A stretch of DNA of 64,000 nucleotides from Spongospora subterranea f. sp. subterranea (lineage: Eukaryota): positions 1-64,000 of the forward strand of contig JAUGWO010000152.1 of assembly GCA_049724395.1 (NCBI GenBank). Direction: 5' to 3'. The notes beneath the pieces were generated by a model. That model ran no database searches. It had not been told where the DNA came from and was given only the letters and a program-made list of their open reading frames with translations. The position numbers were made by a program, and so were the translations under genes. Each line of letters starts with the position of its first letter. The stretch's first letter is position 1. Below are positions 62,700 through 64,000 of this stretch, piece by piece.

Positions 62700-64000
62700 C
62701 CTTGTTGTATCAATCCTGGTTAATCCATCTGCTTTTCTCAAGTTCATCTATTCCTGTTATCGTATGGAGTTGAGCTTCAATGAGTAGCAAAATCAGAAAC
62801 GGCTCTTATTCTCAGGATTAAAACGGTTAGCGCCATCAAAGTACTCAGACATCATGGATAGTTGGGACACCACAGAATCTGAATCAAAAGCGTGTTGATG
62901 CTGCAGATATGAACGCTGCGTTTATGCAATATTGAGATTGGTGGATTGAACAGCGCTGGAAATAGACGACTAGATTCCAACTAATGATAGATTTACAAAT
63001 CAGTAGCGACTTGAAAACAACAATCGACTTACCTGATTGATTCTCAAGCGCAACATGGTCACCATCGTTAGATGGTTGATCAGGAAGGCGAAGTTTGAAA
63101 AACTGATCAATTTTGGGCGTGGTATTATCGGAACTAGTGAAACCAGAGACTCTCAACGAGATTCCACGACATGGCTTATACTGACTCGATAATCCATCCA
63201 TCAATCCACCGACAGTTTTGGTGATGGATTCGGCAGTGAATTGTGATATGGGAGATGAGGCCATATGACCTGAAAATTGGACCTGAATATGACGAGGGAT
63301 ACGATCAAACTATCATCGATAGTTCTTAAAAGTCTCATTCATTTTGCCGAATCGATGCAGTTTACCATTTCCATGTCTTCTTGTATCCTAAGTGACAGCT
63401 CAATAGATAAGGTTCCACACCAAGTCTTCGCCTCCTCAAAGCTCAAGGCCGTCCGAAACGTTTTCGATGCCTGAAACGATTTTGGAGGGCCTTTCTCCAT
63501 AACAGGTTCGTGATCAATACCTGAGAAACTTTCAATTTCCGGAATATACGAAGGTAACAGGATCGAATAAACCATGCGCGATATCCCATAGCCATTTCCC
63601 CGACCCACCGAGACGACGTTGCAGTTCGGCAAGAGTGAATCGGGACGATATTTCAGATAGGTACGCGACATTCAACTGAAGAATTTCACTTCGGATTTTG
63701 AATTGGTATTTATCTTGATCAAATTCCGACCTGATCAGCAGCAATTTGACCGAATTTGCCGCCAAGACCACGAATTGAGGATATTGATACTTGCGATAGT
63801 AAGAGCGGCGTCAGTTCAGGCAGTAATACTGTCTGTTGGAAAGGCTTGTTGCTTGAAATATACGTCAGCAGAAAATATATGTTTTACAAAAACAGATTAT
63901 TAGCATACCGGCCGGCAATCAATTTAGCAAACGGCTTATTCGCTGCGATGCCAGCTGAACAGGTGTAATCTAGCGGGATTTTATAAGATTGTGAATTTCA
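62700..64000 (-). CDS. POLH: Y-family DNA polymerase, pol eta-like; 3' part only, runs off the window; end approximate
   Basis: 'YTCSAGIAANKPFAKL', 'KPFQQT', 'IRGLGGKFG', 'GKWLWDIAHG|IDHEPV..PPKSFQASKTF', 'KIDQFF', with short GT-AG introns. Confidence 0.85.

Overview
Eukaryotic genomic DNA with short GT-AG introns and a mosaic of host genes and transposon debris. The gene set (secreted ankyrin-repeat protein, NPSN-type SNARE, plant-like CCR4) would fit a protist such as a plasmodiophorid; that assignment is inference only. Host genes: two paralogous multi-pass membrane proteins, an NPSN-like Qb-SNARE, an LEA-like protein, a class I histone deacetylase, a CCR4-like deadenylase, a signal-peptide ankyrin-repeat protein, SERINC, a NIPA-like transporter and part of DNA polymerase eta. 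Mobile DNA: one nearly intact 4.2-kb Ty1/Copia element (122-bp LTRs, GTATT target duplication), many Copia and Ty3/Gypsy fragments, three MULE transposase remnants, and an OTU+HTH+pogo-like remnant. Most notable: (1) two Copia families share a primer-binding site complementary to the anticodon arm of tRNA-Lys(CUU), implying half-tRNA priming, and have non-canonical LTR ends; (2) two junctions place Copia LTRs exactly 5 bp apart; (3) a degraded intronless family-B DNA polymerase fragment, possibly viral, occurs twice; (4) two tandem arrays (65 bp and 79 bp, the latter about 5 kb) are amplified pieces of transposon coding sequence; (5) transposon fragments repeatedly occur as inverted pairs. All calls come from reading motifs by eye; no database searches were run.
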